The notes: generated from the letters alone by a model not told the origin. A DNA stretch of 64,000 nucleotides from Chthonomonas sp. (GCA_043754215.1 JAYUVF010000002.1:42317-106316), one strand, 5' to 3'. Counted from the stretch's first letter, positions 1 through 9,265 are shown. Translations and numbers: made by a program.

Positions 1-80
1 CGGCATTCTTGCTGAGCGACAAGGCAGATTATTTGAGCGGCGTCATCATCGACATCAATGGCGCGAGCTACTTCCACTAA
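1..80 (+). CDS. SDR-family oxidoreductase, C-terminal fragment (5' part outside window)
   Basis: Reading from nt 3 gives AFLLSDKADYLSGVIIDINGASYFH, then TAA at 78-80. This is a typical short-chain dehydrogenase C-terminus. Confidence 0.45.
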   Translation, partial: AFLLSDKADYLSGVIIDINGASYFH

Positions 81-82
81 CT

Positions 83-1204
83 ATGACGGCTCTACTTTTG
101 ACCGGCCTGCTTGCGGCGCAAGGCACCGAAGCCCCGCGCACTCTCGAACGCCTTTCCAACGGCTCGCTGCTCTATGTCGAGCGGATGGAAAGCGCGGATC
201 GCGTGTCAGTGCAACTTTGGATCAGCGCTCGGGGAACTGAAGAACGTCTTGAAACGAACGGTCGCCGACACCTGCTCGAGCACTTTCTCGCCAAAGCCCA
301 GGACAAGTTTTGCGATGAGAGCGGAGTGTTCATGTCCGCCGAAACGACCCGCGAAGCGATGGCATTCAAGGTAGAGGCGTCTCCGCAGAAACTCTCGTTC
401 GCCGTCCAAGCCGTCAAGCAACTCTTCCAACCGCTGAAGATCACGCAGGCGGAGATTGACCGCGAGGTTGCGACCATTCGACACGAGGAAGCCCTGACAC
501 CGGTGGCGCGTCAGTTCAGTCGAACTGCGTGGGCGAGAATTTTTGGCGGCCTGCGCCCGGATCCACTTGGTGACCCCGAGGTGATGCGAACAACGACTCC
601 AGAAATGCTGGAGTCCCTCCGGAAACGAATGTTCGCCTCCTCGAACATCGTGATCACCGCCTGCGGATCGATCACGCCATCCGCGGTGCTAAGGGATCTT
701 TCGCCGTTCCTCCTCGCGCTGCCTCCTGCGCCCCCATCCATGACGCCCGCTGATGCGGCAGTCACCGCCCCCGCCCTGAGCGTGGGTGCCCAAGGCGTCG
801 CCTTGGCGGTCAAGGTTGACGGACTGGAGGAACGCGAGACGATGGGCGTGTTGGCCCTTTCTTTCGCCGCCGACCAAGCGTTTCCCGACGTGCAATTGAT
901 GTACACACCAAGCAGTCTGCCCGGCTTGGTGATGATGGTGAGCAGCGAGCGCGGCATGGTAGATCGAGTGAGGGGCATGTCCGACCGGCAACTTCAAGCC
1001 GGAATCGTGCTCGCTCAGCGTTGGGTCGCGGGAATTCAGCAATCCCCCTCGCGCCTGGCGTCCCTCCGAGGGGCGATGCTCGCCGAAGGCTCGGGCCTGC
1101 AAGTGCAAACCCTTGAACGCTCGGCCAAGAGCCTGACCCCAGCCGATATGACCCGGGCGATGGACGAAATTCGGCAGTGCCCCGTCATTGAGGGTCTGCA
1201 ATGA
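83..1204 (+). CDS. M16 (pitrilysin/insulinase) family zinc peptidase
   Basis: 373-aa ORF with the inverted zinc motif HxxEH (RRHLLEHFL) near the N-terminus. Its stop overlaps the next start (ATGA at 1201). Confidence 0.75.
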   Translation: MTALLLTGLLAAQGTEAPRTLERLSNGSLLYVERMESADRVSVQLWISARGTEERLETNGRRHLLEHFLAKAQDKFCDESGVFMSAETTREAMAFKVEASPQKLSFAVQAVKQLFQPLKITQAEIDREVATIRHEEALTPVARQFSRTAWARIFGGLRPDPLGDPEVMRTTTPEMLESLRKRMFASSNIVITACGSITPSAVLRDLSPFLLALPPAPPSMTPADAAVTAPALSVGAQGVALAVKVDGLEERETMGVLALSFAADQAFPDVQLMYTPSSLPGLVMMVSSERGMVDRVRGMSDRQLQAGIVLAQRWVAGIQQSPSRLASLRGAMLAEGSGLQVQTLERSAKSLTPADMTRAMDEIRQCPVIEGLQ

Positions 1205-2358
1205 AGCTATATAGTGCGTGCCTGATTTGGATGGCGGCGGTGGCATCTCAGGCGCAAGGCATTCGCGTGATCGAAACCCCGCTAGGACCCGACGGGCTGG
1301 AGATTCTGCAAGCGGTGGCAAGCCCACCAGAGGGTATGAATGCCCGCGAACTTGGTGCTTGGCAATTGCTGTGTGCCGGAATGCTCGACGGAACCGATGA
1401 CTTTGTCCGAGAAGACATTTTCGGCTTTGGAGGCCAAGCGGGCGTTGCCCCACGGGCGATTTGGAGCAACGATCTCTTGCGTCTCCAGTTTGCCGCCCCA
1501 AAAGGCGGAGAGTCCACCATTGTTCGCCTGCTGGAGTCCGTACTCACCAAGCCGGCCATCACCGATGAGCGATTGGTTACGTTACGCACACGTCTGAGCG
1601 CGCAGTTTGCCGACGACTGGTCCGCAGCCCTCCGGGGTGATCGAGGGGACTACACCTTGCCAGCCGAGTTTGTGAGGCGCTTCAGCCGCCGCGCCTTTCG
1701 CCCCGAGACGTTAACGCTCGTCGGCACTCCCGGCGTTACGCGCGCCCTCAAGGGTAGATTTGACGATTGGCGACCCGAGCGTATAGGAGCAGACTTTCGG
1801 GTCAGTAACTTGAGTCGTTTCCGTGGGCCGGACCGGGCCAAAGTAGCCGTCCTCCATGCGCCGGTGCTGAAACCCACCACCGGCGAAGCCGCAAAAATGC
1901 TCGCGATGGTGGCCATTGGCGGCGGGAAAACCAGCCTCCTGCACCAAGTCGCCCGTGAACAAGAAGGTTGGAGCTACCGCCAAGAAGCCCTCCTCCTGCC
2001 ACAGCGATCGGGCTGGAAACCGACACTCATTCTCGCGGGCGCCGACCCGATTCCGCCGAGGGACGTTCTCTTGGAAGCCCTTAAAGCCCGGGTGTCCACC
2101 CTAGCTTCTCCCGATCTGGACCGCCTTCGACTTCTCTCCGAGACCGCCTTTGCGGGAACCAACCCGCTCACCCCGTTTTGGCTGAGCAATGACTCGGCGT
2201 ACTTGGGTTCATCACTCGATCGGACGGCATGGACCGCGCTCTGCGCCCACTGGGGCGTGGCCAATCAGTCGCCAGAGACAATCCAAGCCGACATGCGACG
2301 TGTGAGCTTGCTCGAGCTGAAGGAAGCACTAACCGAGCTACTCGAGTCTTTCCGATAG
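1201..2358 (+). CDS. M16-family peptidase-like protein, probable non-catalytic partner subunit
   Basis: 385-aa ORF translationally coupled to the upstream M16 gene, with a signal-like N-terminus and no HxxEH motif. The paired arrangement is typical of M16B. Confidence 0.55.
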   Translation: MKLYSACLIWMAAVASQAQGIRVIETPLGPDGLEILQAVASPPEGMNARELGAWQLLCAGMLDGTDDFVREDIFGFGGQAGVAPRAIWSNDLLRLQFAAPKGGESTIVRLLESVLTKPAITDERLVTLRTRLSAQFADDWSAALRGDRGDYTLPAEFVRRFSRRAFRPETLTLVGTPGVTRALKGRFDDWRPERIGADFRVSNLSRFRGPDRAKVAVLHAPVLKPTTGEAAKMLAMVAIGGGKTSLLHQVAREQEGWSYRQEALLLPQRSGWKPTLILAGADPIPPRDVLLEALKARVSTLASPDLDRLRLLSETAFAGTNPLTPFWLSNDSAYLGSSLDRTAWTALCAHWGVANQSPETIQADMRRVSLLELKEALTELLESFR

Positions 2359-3123
2359 CTCAAGTTCGACCCAGTCGGGGTGCTTGCGGCACAGCGGTTG
2401 AAAGTCGCAGTAGGGGCACGCGGGCTTTGGCATAGGCGCCAACTCCTCGTAATCTCTAGCCATAATCTCGTCGCCGAGAAGGACGATATCTCGTCGGAAC
2501 TCCTCCAGTTCTACCGCCGTCATCGCATGGGTCCCGGTGCTATTGGAGCGCAGGGCGATGATCTTGGCCCGGATGGGCCGGTCAGGAAAGTGATGGCTGA
2601 GAAGCAACTGGTAGCACGCCATAGCGATGTCGCTTTGAACGTGCTCGTCGGTCACCGACGAGCGCCCGGACTTGTAATCCACGACCTCGATGCTGCCATC
2701 TTCAAGTTCATCCACTCGGTCCAAACGACCAAGCAACACAAATGAACCCAGGTCCATGCGGAGCTGCTTCTCGACGTACAAAGTCTTGCCCGCCGAAGGC
2801 TCGATGATCGCCTGCTCCACATAAGACGCGACGATGGACTTGCCCTCGCTCCTCGCCTCCTGCATCTCCTGAGCGCTGTGGTAGCCTGCGTCGATCCAGC
2901 CTTCATCCAAGGCGGCCAGAGCTTGATCCACTGTCTCCACACCCGTATCGCCGGAATCGTGGAATCGCTGCAGGACTTTGTGCAAGGTCGTGCCGAAGCT
3001 GTAGTAGTTTTTGGCCCTCAAATACCACCGCCCTCGGTCATCCACGTACGTCCATTTGTATTTGGCTGGGCACGCCAAGTACGTCGTTATTTTGCTGGGA
3101 CTGAGGATGGGTTTTCGGGGCAT
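2338..3123 (-). CDS. PD-(D/E)XK nuclease superfamily protein (RecB/Cas4-like with C-terminal Cys cluster)
   Basis: N-terminal PSKITTYLACPAKYKW, core GRLDRVD...VVDYK, C-terminal CPYCDFQPLC. The 3' end overlaps the convergent M16-like gene by 21 nt. Confidence 0.65.
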   Translation of the reverse strand: MPRKPILSPSKITTYLACPAKYKWTYVDDRGRWYLRAKNYYSFGTTLHKVLQRFHDSGDTGVETVDQALAALDEGWIDAGYHSAQEMQEARSEGKSIVASYVEQAIIEPSAGKTLYVEKQLRMDLGSFVLLGRLDRVDELEDGSIEVVDYKSGRSSVTDEHVQSDIAMACYQLLLSHHFPDRPIRAKIIALRSNSTGTHAMTAVELEEFRRDIVLLGDEIMARDYEELAPMPKPACPYCDFQPLCRKHPDWVELELSERLE

Positions 3124-3175
3124 CTACGCCATACAGATTACTCTGCTAATGCCGCCTCAAAGGGCGGGAGAGCCG

Positions 3176-4045
3176 ATGTCGGCGGTAAACTTTCAATTAA
3201 TGTTGAAAATTCGACTCGGCCATTCTCCTGATTCCGACGACGCCTTCATGTTTTGGGGGCTAGCGAGCGGTTACGTCAAGACCGACTATGAGTTCGAGCA
3301 CATCCTGCGCGACATCCAAACGCTCAATGACTGGGCAATGGAAGGGAAGCTGGAATCCAGTGCGGTGAGCGTGCACGCGTTCGCCTACGTGGCCGATAAG
3401 TACGCCCTCCTGAGACATGGCGGAAGCTGGGGAGAGAACTACGGGCCCATGATCGTGGCGGCAACTCAGCTTTCGGACGAAGAGTTGAAAGACACTGTGA
3501 TCGCGGTCCCCGGCTTGCTGACCAGCGCCTTTCTGCAGTTGAATCTCTGGTGGACAGAGAAATTCGGCGATCGCTCTAGCCTCAAGTTTGAAGTCGTGCC
3601 GTTCGACGAGATTATCCCAGCGATCCAAGAAGGGCGCTACAAGGCAGGCCTGATCATCCACGAAGGCCAGCTCACGTACGAGCGCGACGGCATGAAGCTC
3701 ATTGCGAACATGGGCACCTGGTGGAACGCGCTTACCGGACTGTCATTGCCATTGGGCGTGAATGTGGTCCGAAAGGACTTGGGCGAGGACGCGGTGAAGG
3801 AAGTGAGCCGCTGCATGCGGGAGTCGATCCAAGGTGGACTCGACAATCGAGAAAAGGCTTTGGCCTACGCCCTCCAGTTCGCGCGAGGCATGGATATTGA
3901 AACCAGCGATGAGTTCGTGGGGATGTACGTGAACGAGCGAACCGTGGACATGAAGGATGAGGGAGTCGAGGCGATTCGGTTACTCCTCAAGAAGGGAGCC
4001 GAGATCGGCATGGTGCCGGACGTCGAGATTGTGGTGGTGGACTAG
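3176..4045 (+). CDS. MqnA/MqnD/SBP-family protein (futalosine-route menaquinone biosynthesis-like)
   Basis: IRLGHSPDSDDAFMFWGL resembles the HSPCPNDTF signature of MqnD-type proteins. The start is set at ATG 3176, preceded by GGGCGGGAG. The longer ORF from 3011 overlaps the divergent nuclease gene; ATG 3200 is also possible. Confidence 0.55.
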   Translation: MSAVNFQLMLKIRLGHSPDSDDAFMFWGLASGYVKTDYEFEHILRDIQTLNDWAMEGKLESSAVSVHAFAYVADKYALLRHGGSWGENYGPMIVAATQLSDEELKDTVIAVPGLLTSAFLQLNLWWTEKFGDRSSLKFEVVPFDEIIPAIQEGRYKAGLIIHEGQLTYERDGMKLIANMGTWWNALTGLSLPLGVNVVRKDLGEDAVKEVSRCMRESIQGGLDNREKALAYALQFARGMDIETSDEFVGMYVNERTVDMKDEGVEAIRLLLKKGAEIGMVPDVEIVVVD

Positions 4046-4194
4046 CGGCGGGAGGAGTACCAAATGTACCGACGTACCTCGTACTCTTTTGAAGTACTTC
4101 TGCAGTTTTAATCAGCGTGCATGATATCGGCGTCCTCAAGGATCGAAGTCAACGGGTTGAATGCTGCGAAATCGCCAAAGGGTGCCGCCAGCGT

Positions 4195-4848
4195 TCACGC
4201 CCTCTGGTTGACTGTCGGCGTAGCTGGGAGTCGGGTTGAGGCGAAACACAGCGCTGCCGCGGCGATCACTGCGGGCCAAAGGCTGAACGACAGTAGGCGG
4301 TCGTGCGCGAGCGCGCCGAGCGTCGCACCTGTTACTAGCCCCAGCCAGTGCAGAGCATAGGGCCCCCAGGTGTTTCGTGGGCCGCCGTTGAGCATTCCGG
4401 CGAGCTGTTGGCCGAGCTTTACTAGAGTGCCGGTCATATAGGTGAGTCCGATGCTGACGCCGCCATCTCGTTGGAAAACGGTGTTTTCCGCCCCCATGGC
4501 GACGACCATCAGCGCGGTGGCGGCGTGAGTTTGGTTAAGTCCGTAGCAAATCGCCGCCCCGAGCAAGCACGCGGTGACGAGGAGCAGCACCGCGGGCTTG
4601 CGTCGTTTGGCTCTCGAGGCGAGAGTACCGGCGATGACGCCGAGAACAAAGAGACAGAGAACCCCAAGAATCAACCCCGCGGTGGCGAAGGTCGCGGCGC
4701 TCAGAGTGACCCCGAGTCTCGTTGAGTTCCCGCTCATGAAGGAGACGAAGAGGCCGCCGGTGGCGAGAAAGCCGGTGGCATCAACATAACCCGCCAAGCA
4801 GGCCAAGGCGATGGCGAGGGCGATGTGGCGGCGGCCGTAGTCGATCAT
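4195..4848 (-). CDS. YoaK/DUF1275 family membrane protein
   Basis: ALACLAGYVDATGFLATGGLFVSFMSGNSTRLG signature with multiple hydrophobic helices. Confidence 0.7.
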   Translation of the reverse strand: MIDYGRRHIALAIALACLAGYVDATGFLATGGLFVSFMSGNSTRLGVTLSAATFATAGLILGVLCLFVLGVIAGTLASRAKRRKPAVLLLVTACLLGAAICYGLNQTHAATALMVVAMGAENTVFQRDGGVSIGLTYMTGTLVKLGQQLAGMLNGGPRNTWGPYALHWLGLVTGATLGALAHDRLLSFSLWPAVIAAAALCFASTRLPATPTVNQRA

Positions 4849-4879
4849 CGGATCAGTTTATCAAGTTAATGAAAAGTGC

Positions 4880-5851
4880 TTGCCGAATTCCCGAATGTTT
4901 TGTATACTTTTGAAGCTTCCCGCAATATTGATGATCTCGTTGGCGACGGTTGCGGCCGCGCAGGCCTCTTTCGACCTGGTATTCGTTCTGGACGTCACCG
5001 CGAGAAAGATCCACCGGCTCGATGGCGACAGCGGAGTCTATCTGGGCGCGTTCGACGTGAACTCTAACTCGGTTTCGATGGCGGTTGATTCTGGCACTGG
5101 CCGAGTGTATGTGGCGGAGGGTGGACTGGGATTCGCGGTGTACAACGGCTATACGGGCGCCTTGGTCGGCGCGAACTGGAATCCCATCCCGTATAATGCT
5201 TCTTATGGGTTTTCGAATAACCTGCTCTACGGGCAGAATAATGTTATCTATAGTTGTGCCGATCCATCCGTGAATCCCTTTGCTCCCTTCACTGTCTTTG
5301 CTAATGTAGCCAACGGCACAGCAGGAGGGACCTCTATGACTGCGCTAAGTCGCGTGGGGGATACGCTTCACGCTCTGGACAATAACAACAAGCGGATTGT
5401 CCGACTCAACCTCAATACTCCCTCTTCCCAATCGTTCGTTGCGATGTCCCCGGGGATTACGTATTCCAACCGACTCGCAGTTGACGGGGACATGGCCTAC
5501 AGTTTGAGTAGCGCGGGTGTCATTTATCACACAAACCTTACGTCTGGAGTGTCGGGTACAACGATACTTTCTCTGACGAACCCCGGCGTGGGATTTGCCT
5601 CTGTCAAGGGAATTGCGGCTGGGCATCTCGGGACGCAGTATTTGGTCGGCACCACAGCGACTGGTAACCAGATCATGCGTACGAACCGAAATGCCGCAGG
5701 TGTCTTGTTTTCCCGTCGGGAGTACAACGTGCCCGGTTTAGCTTCGACTAACGATGTCGCGGTCTTGGTAGCTCCGGAGCCGGGGACCATGGTGGCGCTG
5801 GCAGGTGGGGTGGCGGTGTTGTTGCGCCGACGGCGAATCAAGCGCGCGTAG
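4880..5851 (+). CDS. PEP-CTERM sorting-domain secreted protein (propeller-like passenger)
   Basis: Signal-like N-terminus. The C-terminus VAPEPGTMVALAGGVAVLLRRRRIKRA has the PEP motif, a TM helix and an Arg cluster. Confidence 0.8.
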   Translation: MPNSRMFCILLKLPAILMISLATVAAAQASFDLVFVLDVTARKIHRLDGDSGVYLGAFDVNSNSVSMAVDSGTGRVYVAEGGLGFAVYNGYTGALVGANWNPIPYNASYGFSNNLLYGQNNVIYSCADPSVNPFAPFTVFANVANGTAGGTSMTALSRVGDTLHALDNNNKRIVRLNLNTPSSQSFVAMSPGITYSNRLAVDGDMAYSLSSAGVIYHTNLTSGVSGTTILSLTNPGVGFASVKGIAAGHLGTQYLVGTTATGNQIMRTNRNAAGVLFSRREYNVPGLASTNDVAVLVAPEPGTMVALAGGVAVLLRRRRIKRA

Positions 5852-5912
5852 GTGTTTGGGCGCATAGGTGATGAAAGTGATGAACGTGATGAAGGTTTCT
5901 TAGGAATCCTCA

Positions 5913-6221
5913 TTAACCGCCCTTCTTTCGATACAGACTCACCCCAACGCTGTTGATGTGCTCGATCAGACTTAAGTGATCTAGGGCTTTGAACATGCTG
6001 AGGTCGATGGACTGGGGCAGGAGGAGGTCATCTAGCTCGCTCGCGATCTTGGCAATGATGTCGCCGTTGAGCTCATCTCCGTGGAGTGTGAGGTCAATGT
6101 CGGAGCCGGGGCGGAAGGTGCCGAGGGCGCGAGAACCGTACAAGATTCCCTGCTCTACTTCTGGGTGCTTTTGCAACACTCGAGAGATCTTGGCTATCGT
6201 TAGGTCGCTGAGTCCGCCCAT
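5913..6221 (-). CDS. Nucleotidyltransferase-domain protein (MNT/MntA-like antitoxin)
   Basis: GSRALGTFRPGSDIDL minimal nucleotidyltransferase motif. The start overlaps the upstream HEPN gene stop (TAATG). Confidence 0.8.
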   Translation of the reverse strand: MGGLSDLTIAKISRVLQKHPEVEQGILYGSRALGTFRPGSDIDLTLHGDELNGDIIAKIASELDDLLLPQSIDLSMFKALDHLSLIEHINSVGVSLYRKKGG

Positions 6222-6676
6222 TATTCCTCGGCTTGTGCTCTAGTTGAGAATTCTTGGTAGAAGGCGTCGAATTGCGGAGTAAAGAGGGTCAAGATGTCTT
6301 GGGTGATCTCCTGCGCCACCGTGAGATTGTAGGTGTGGGAGGTGAGGTTTCTCGATTCGATCATTTTCATCCAGGCGTCGCCGTCTTGGATGAGGCTGTT
6401 TTTGAAGGCTTCGCGGGTGGCGTCTTTGGATCCGATGAGGCCCGAGATGCCTTGGTGGGTGAGAAAGTCTTTTAGTACGTTCCAGGCGAGCTCGTGGGTG
6501 AACTCGAACCCCTGGATGAGGCCCTGCTTTTCGAGGTCGCTGAGTTCTCTTCTTTCCGCCAGTTCGGCCGCGCTCTGGAGAGTCGCAAATGCTCGCTGGA
6601 AATTTTCGAACCGCTGTATCCATCGCACGTCGGGCATGGGGTGATTATCCTCCATCTGCTTCGTTGATGGAAGCAC
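6221..6676 (-). CDS. HI0074-family nucleotidyltransferase substrate-binding protein (HEPN/HepT-like toxin)
   Basis: WIQRFENFQRAFATLQSAAEL N-terminal pattern, helical, paired with the MNT gene. The true start may be an internal Met (6655 or 6637). Confidence 0.75.
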   Translation of the reverse strand: MLPSTKQMEDNHPMPDVRWIQRFENFQRAFATLQSAAELAERRELSDLEKQGLIQGFEFTHELAWNVLKDFLTHQGISGLIGSKDATREAFKNSLIQDGDAWMKMIESRNLTSHTYNLTVAQEITQDILTLFTPQFDAFYQEFSTRAQAEE

Positions 6677-6950
6677 GCGCCGCTACTCTCGTAGCGCTTG
6701 ATCCTAATTCCTGCAATTCCCGGCAGTTCTTAACCGGAACTGTGGCGACTGCTCTGTCCTTGAGGTCCACGATTGATCGTCGCCGGCTGTGTAGGTTGTC
6801 AACTGACTATGCAAGCGCGGTGGAGGTGTTGGCCGAGTTGGCGGACTGGTAGCCAGCGCGCGAACGAAAGGGTTACAGACACGGTGAAGTTTTTGCCAAT
6901 TGCTGGGCTGTCCCCTTGTGGAAGCCAGCATTTGGTTGTAAGATTCTAGG

Positions 6951-7964
6951 GTGAGTTTGATTTTTGGGAGAGGGGCTACGGTTTTGGTCGTGGCGTTGGT
7001 GGCTGGGGTTGCCCACGCCAGCTTTGAGTTGGCGTTGGTGAAGCAGAACTTCACGCCAACCGGGAGCGTGAGTGGTACGCGAATCACGCGGTGGGATCCG
7101 ATCAGTGCAACCTTTCTGGGCTCGTTTGGCCAAGGACTCATTTCGCAGTCGGGTGCCATCGCGATCGACACTTTGACTCCTAATACGGTTGTCAACTTCG
7201 ACACGGCAGGTGGGCAGCTTACGCTGCGCCGTATTAACTACAACACGGGCCAAAATCTCGGGCTCACGACGACTTCGATCACTTGCACGGGCGTCAATGA
7301 CGCTCAAATTCTCTCCAACGGAAACATGCTGGTTTCTGGAACGCTGAGCGGCATTGTGGACACGAGAATGTATAACAGTTCCGGTGCGCTGCTGGTCAAT
7401 TACAGCATGCCGACGGGCACATTGGAGTGCCTATCTTCTGTTCAGGGTTCAGATGGGACCGTTTACGTGCTCACTCGGCAAGCCGGCACGACGGTGAATA
7501 GCAAATATACGCTGACTTCTTATGCCGCCGGGTCCGGGATTATCGCGCAAACAGCGGTGGTTTACGATGGTGTGACGACAGACAAGATGAGCCTGGCGAT
7601 AGGCGGGAACAAGCTGAGCATCCTGGCGGATACCTCGGTCCAGCGAAAATTCACGACTGTGGCTGGCACCTCTCTCGGCACGCTGATCGCGGCAAATTTA
7701 GGCTTCCGAATTGAGACCCAAGCGGCGGTATTCGGTCACGAGGACATTCTCCATACGTTTGGCTATGACACTGTGCAGTCCGAAATGCATTTATCTTCGT
7801 TCGCGGTCACCAGTATCACCTCCGGCCCCTACATATCCAATACGAGCAGCCAGTTTGGGAGTGTTTACGACGCCGCGATCGTTCTGGCTCCGGAACCGGG
7901 AACCATGATCGCGCTCGGGGCGGGGGTTGTCGCGTTGCTTCGTCGCCGAAGAGTTCGGGGCTGA
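6951..7964 (+). CDS. PEP-CTERM sorting-domain secreted protein
   Basis: Signal-like N-terminus and C-terminus LAPEPGTMIALGAGVVALLRRRRVRG. It resembles the 4880-5851 product in overall architecture. Confidence 0.8.
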   Translation: MSLIFGRGATVLVVALVAGVAHASFELALVKQNFTPTGSVSGTRITRWDPISATFLGSFGQGLISQSGAIAIDTLTPNTVVNFDTAGGQLTLRRINYNTGQNLGLTTTSITCTGVNDAQILSNGNMLVSGTLSGIVDTRMYNSSGALLVNYSMPTGTLECLSSVQGSDGTVYVLTRQAGTTVNSKYTLTSYAAGSGIIAQTAVVYDGVTTDKMSLAIGGNKLSILADTSVQRKFTTVAGTSLGTLIAANLGFRIETQAAVFGHEDILHTFGYDTVQSEMHLSSFAVTSITSGPYISNTSSQFGSVYDAAIVLAPEPGTMIALGAGVVALLRRRRVRG

Positions 7965-8157
7965 GGCACCTCGTAGCCGTTCGTTCACTCCCTTTGGTCG
8001 TTCACTCTCTTGTGGCGTTGACGTGATTTCGTAGTAACCATGCGGTGAACAGTTTCGGTTCTCCGGAACTTTGAAACAATGGTGGTCGCGGAGGCATTAC
8101 CCATGGATTAGCCTGATTGAACATACACTTTTCTATGATTAGCGATATAGTAATCCG

Positions 8158-9177
8158 ATGCGACGGACGGTTTTGGCTGGAGTTCTGCTTGGATCTTGCA
8201 GCGTGAGTTGGGGCGCTTGGGACGTGGCGGGTCAGTTCTCCATTCTTAATGGGAATCCGAATGGGGCGTGGAGCTACGGCATAAAGAGTCCGTCTGACCT
8301 CAGCGGACCCTTGGCACTTTTTCCCCACACAGGCAGTAGCACTGCGTTTGACTATTGGGTCAACGAGCAGAATTTGACGCTGGGGACGCCGACGGTCGCT
8401 CGGAACATTTCAAGCAGTTCGGTTTCAGGCATCGGACCGGGCGAAGCGACGATGCACCCCGGACCCAGCAATGAGATCGCGACGACTCGGTGGACTGCTC
8501 CGTCTCCAGGCTTGTACCGAATTTTTGGCAAGTTCGGCGCGGGTGACATTGGGGCGGTGGATGCCTTCATTTCTTCGCCCGGCGAACCGCTCTGGAGCAG
8601 GTATGCGGTAGTGGATGACCAAATTTTTGACTTCACGCGAGCATTGGAGGCCGGCGCCGGAGTTGACTTCATGGTCGGCAACGCGGGAAGTTTTTTCTAT
8701 GATTCAACTCCCATACACGCCACTATTGCGGGGCCATTAAATCCTATTCGCATTCAGCTGACCCTTGGTGATTGGGTGGGTGGCGATCCCGTGCAACCGT
8801 TCACGGTGAGCCTGTATCAAGATGCTTCGCTGGTTGAAGTGATGGTGGCGGTTGCGATCACCGGCGGGCTGTCGTTAACGACGGCGCGAACCGGGACTTA
8901 CACGATAAGGGTGCGCGGCTCGCATTGGGTTCAAAAGTCGCTGGGGCCGGTGAACCTTACACCTGCGGGGGTCGAGTTAACGGCTAACTTGACTAACGGA
9001 GATGCCGACGGCAGCGGCGAAGTTGACGCGGCCGACATTGACCTGGTCATTTCTGGCTTTGGTGGGACCGTCGGGGCCCCGGGATACCTCGTGAACGCCG
9101 ACCTGGACGGATCGGGCGAGGTTGATGCGGCAGATATTGATATCGCCATCGCTCGGTTTGGCTCCGTGGATGAGTAG
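8158..9177 (+). CDS. Secreted protein with C-terminal beta-sandwich plus twin dockerin-type (EF-hand-like) repeats
   Basis: Signal peptide and an NGNPNGAWSYG N-domain. The C-terminus is NGDADGSGEVDAADIDLVISGFGG...DLDGSGEVDAADIDIAIARFGSVDE. Confidence 0.75.
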   Translation: MRRTVLAGVLLGSCSVSWGAWDVAGQFSILNGNPNGAWSYGIKSPSDLSGPLALFPHTGSSTAFDYWVNEQNLTLGTPTVARNISSSSVSGIGPGEATMHPGPSNEIATTRWTAPSPGLYRIFGKFGAGDIGAVDAFISSPGEPLWSRYAVVDDQIFDFTRALEAGAGVDFMVGNAGSFFYDSTPIHATIAGPLNPIRIQLTLGDWVGGDPVQPFTVSLYQDASLVEVMVAVAITGGLSLTTARTGTYTIRVRGSHWVQKSLGPVNLTPAGVELTANLTNGDADGSGEVDAADIDLVISGFGGTVGAPGYLVNADLDGSGEVDAADIDIAIARFGSVDE

Positions 9178-9190
9178 GGGCAGTTTGGCT

Positions 9191-9258
9191 TAGCCCCCCT
9201 CGTTTCCGGAGCCCCGAGATATCGGGGCGCAGGACACGAGGGGGGTTGGGGGGAGAAA
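9191..9258 (-). repeat. GC-hairpin intergenic element (type 1), copy A, inverted relative to copies B-D
   Basis: The reverse complement reads TTTCTCCCCCCAACCCCCCTCGTGT...AAACGAGGGGGGCT, with a 10-bp perfect stem CCCCCCTCGT/ACGAGGGGGG. Confidence 0.85.
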
Positions 9259-9265
9259 TGACGGG

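Noticed and set aside
689-1501. 270-aa minus-strand ORF spanning the junction of the two M16 genes
   Set aside because: It is an R/G/H-rich shadow ORF. The plus-strand frames carry the HxxEH peptidase signature and a coupled ATGA junction.
4046-4194. Inverted repeats (GAGTAC...GTACTC followed by TTTT) after the Mqn-family gene
   Set aside because: The stem is only 6 bp with a long loop. It is too weak to report as a terminator without folding energies.
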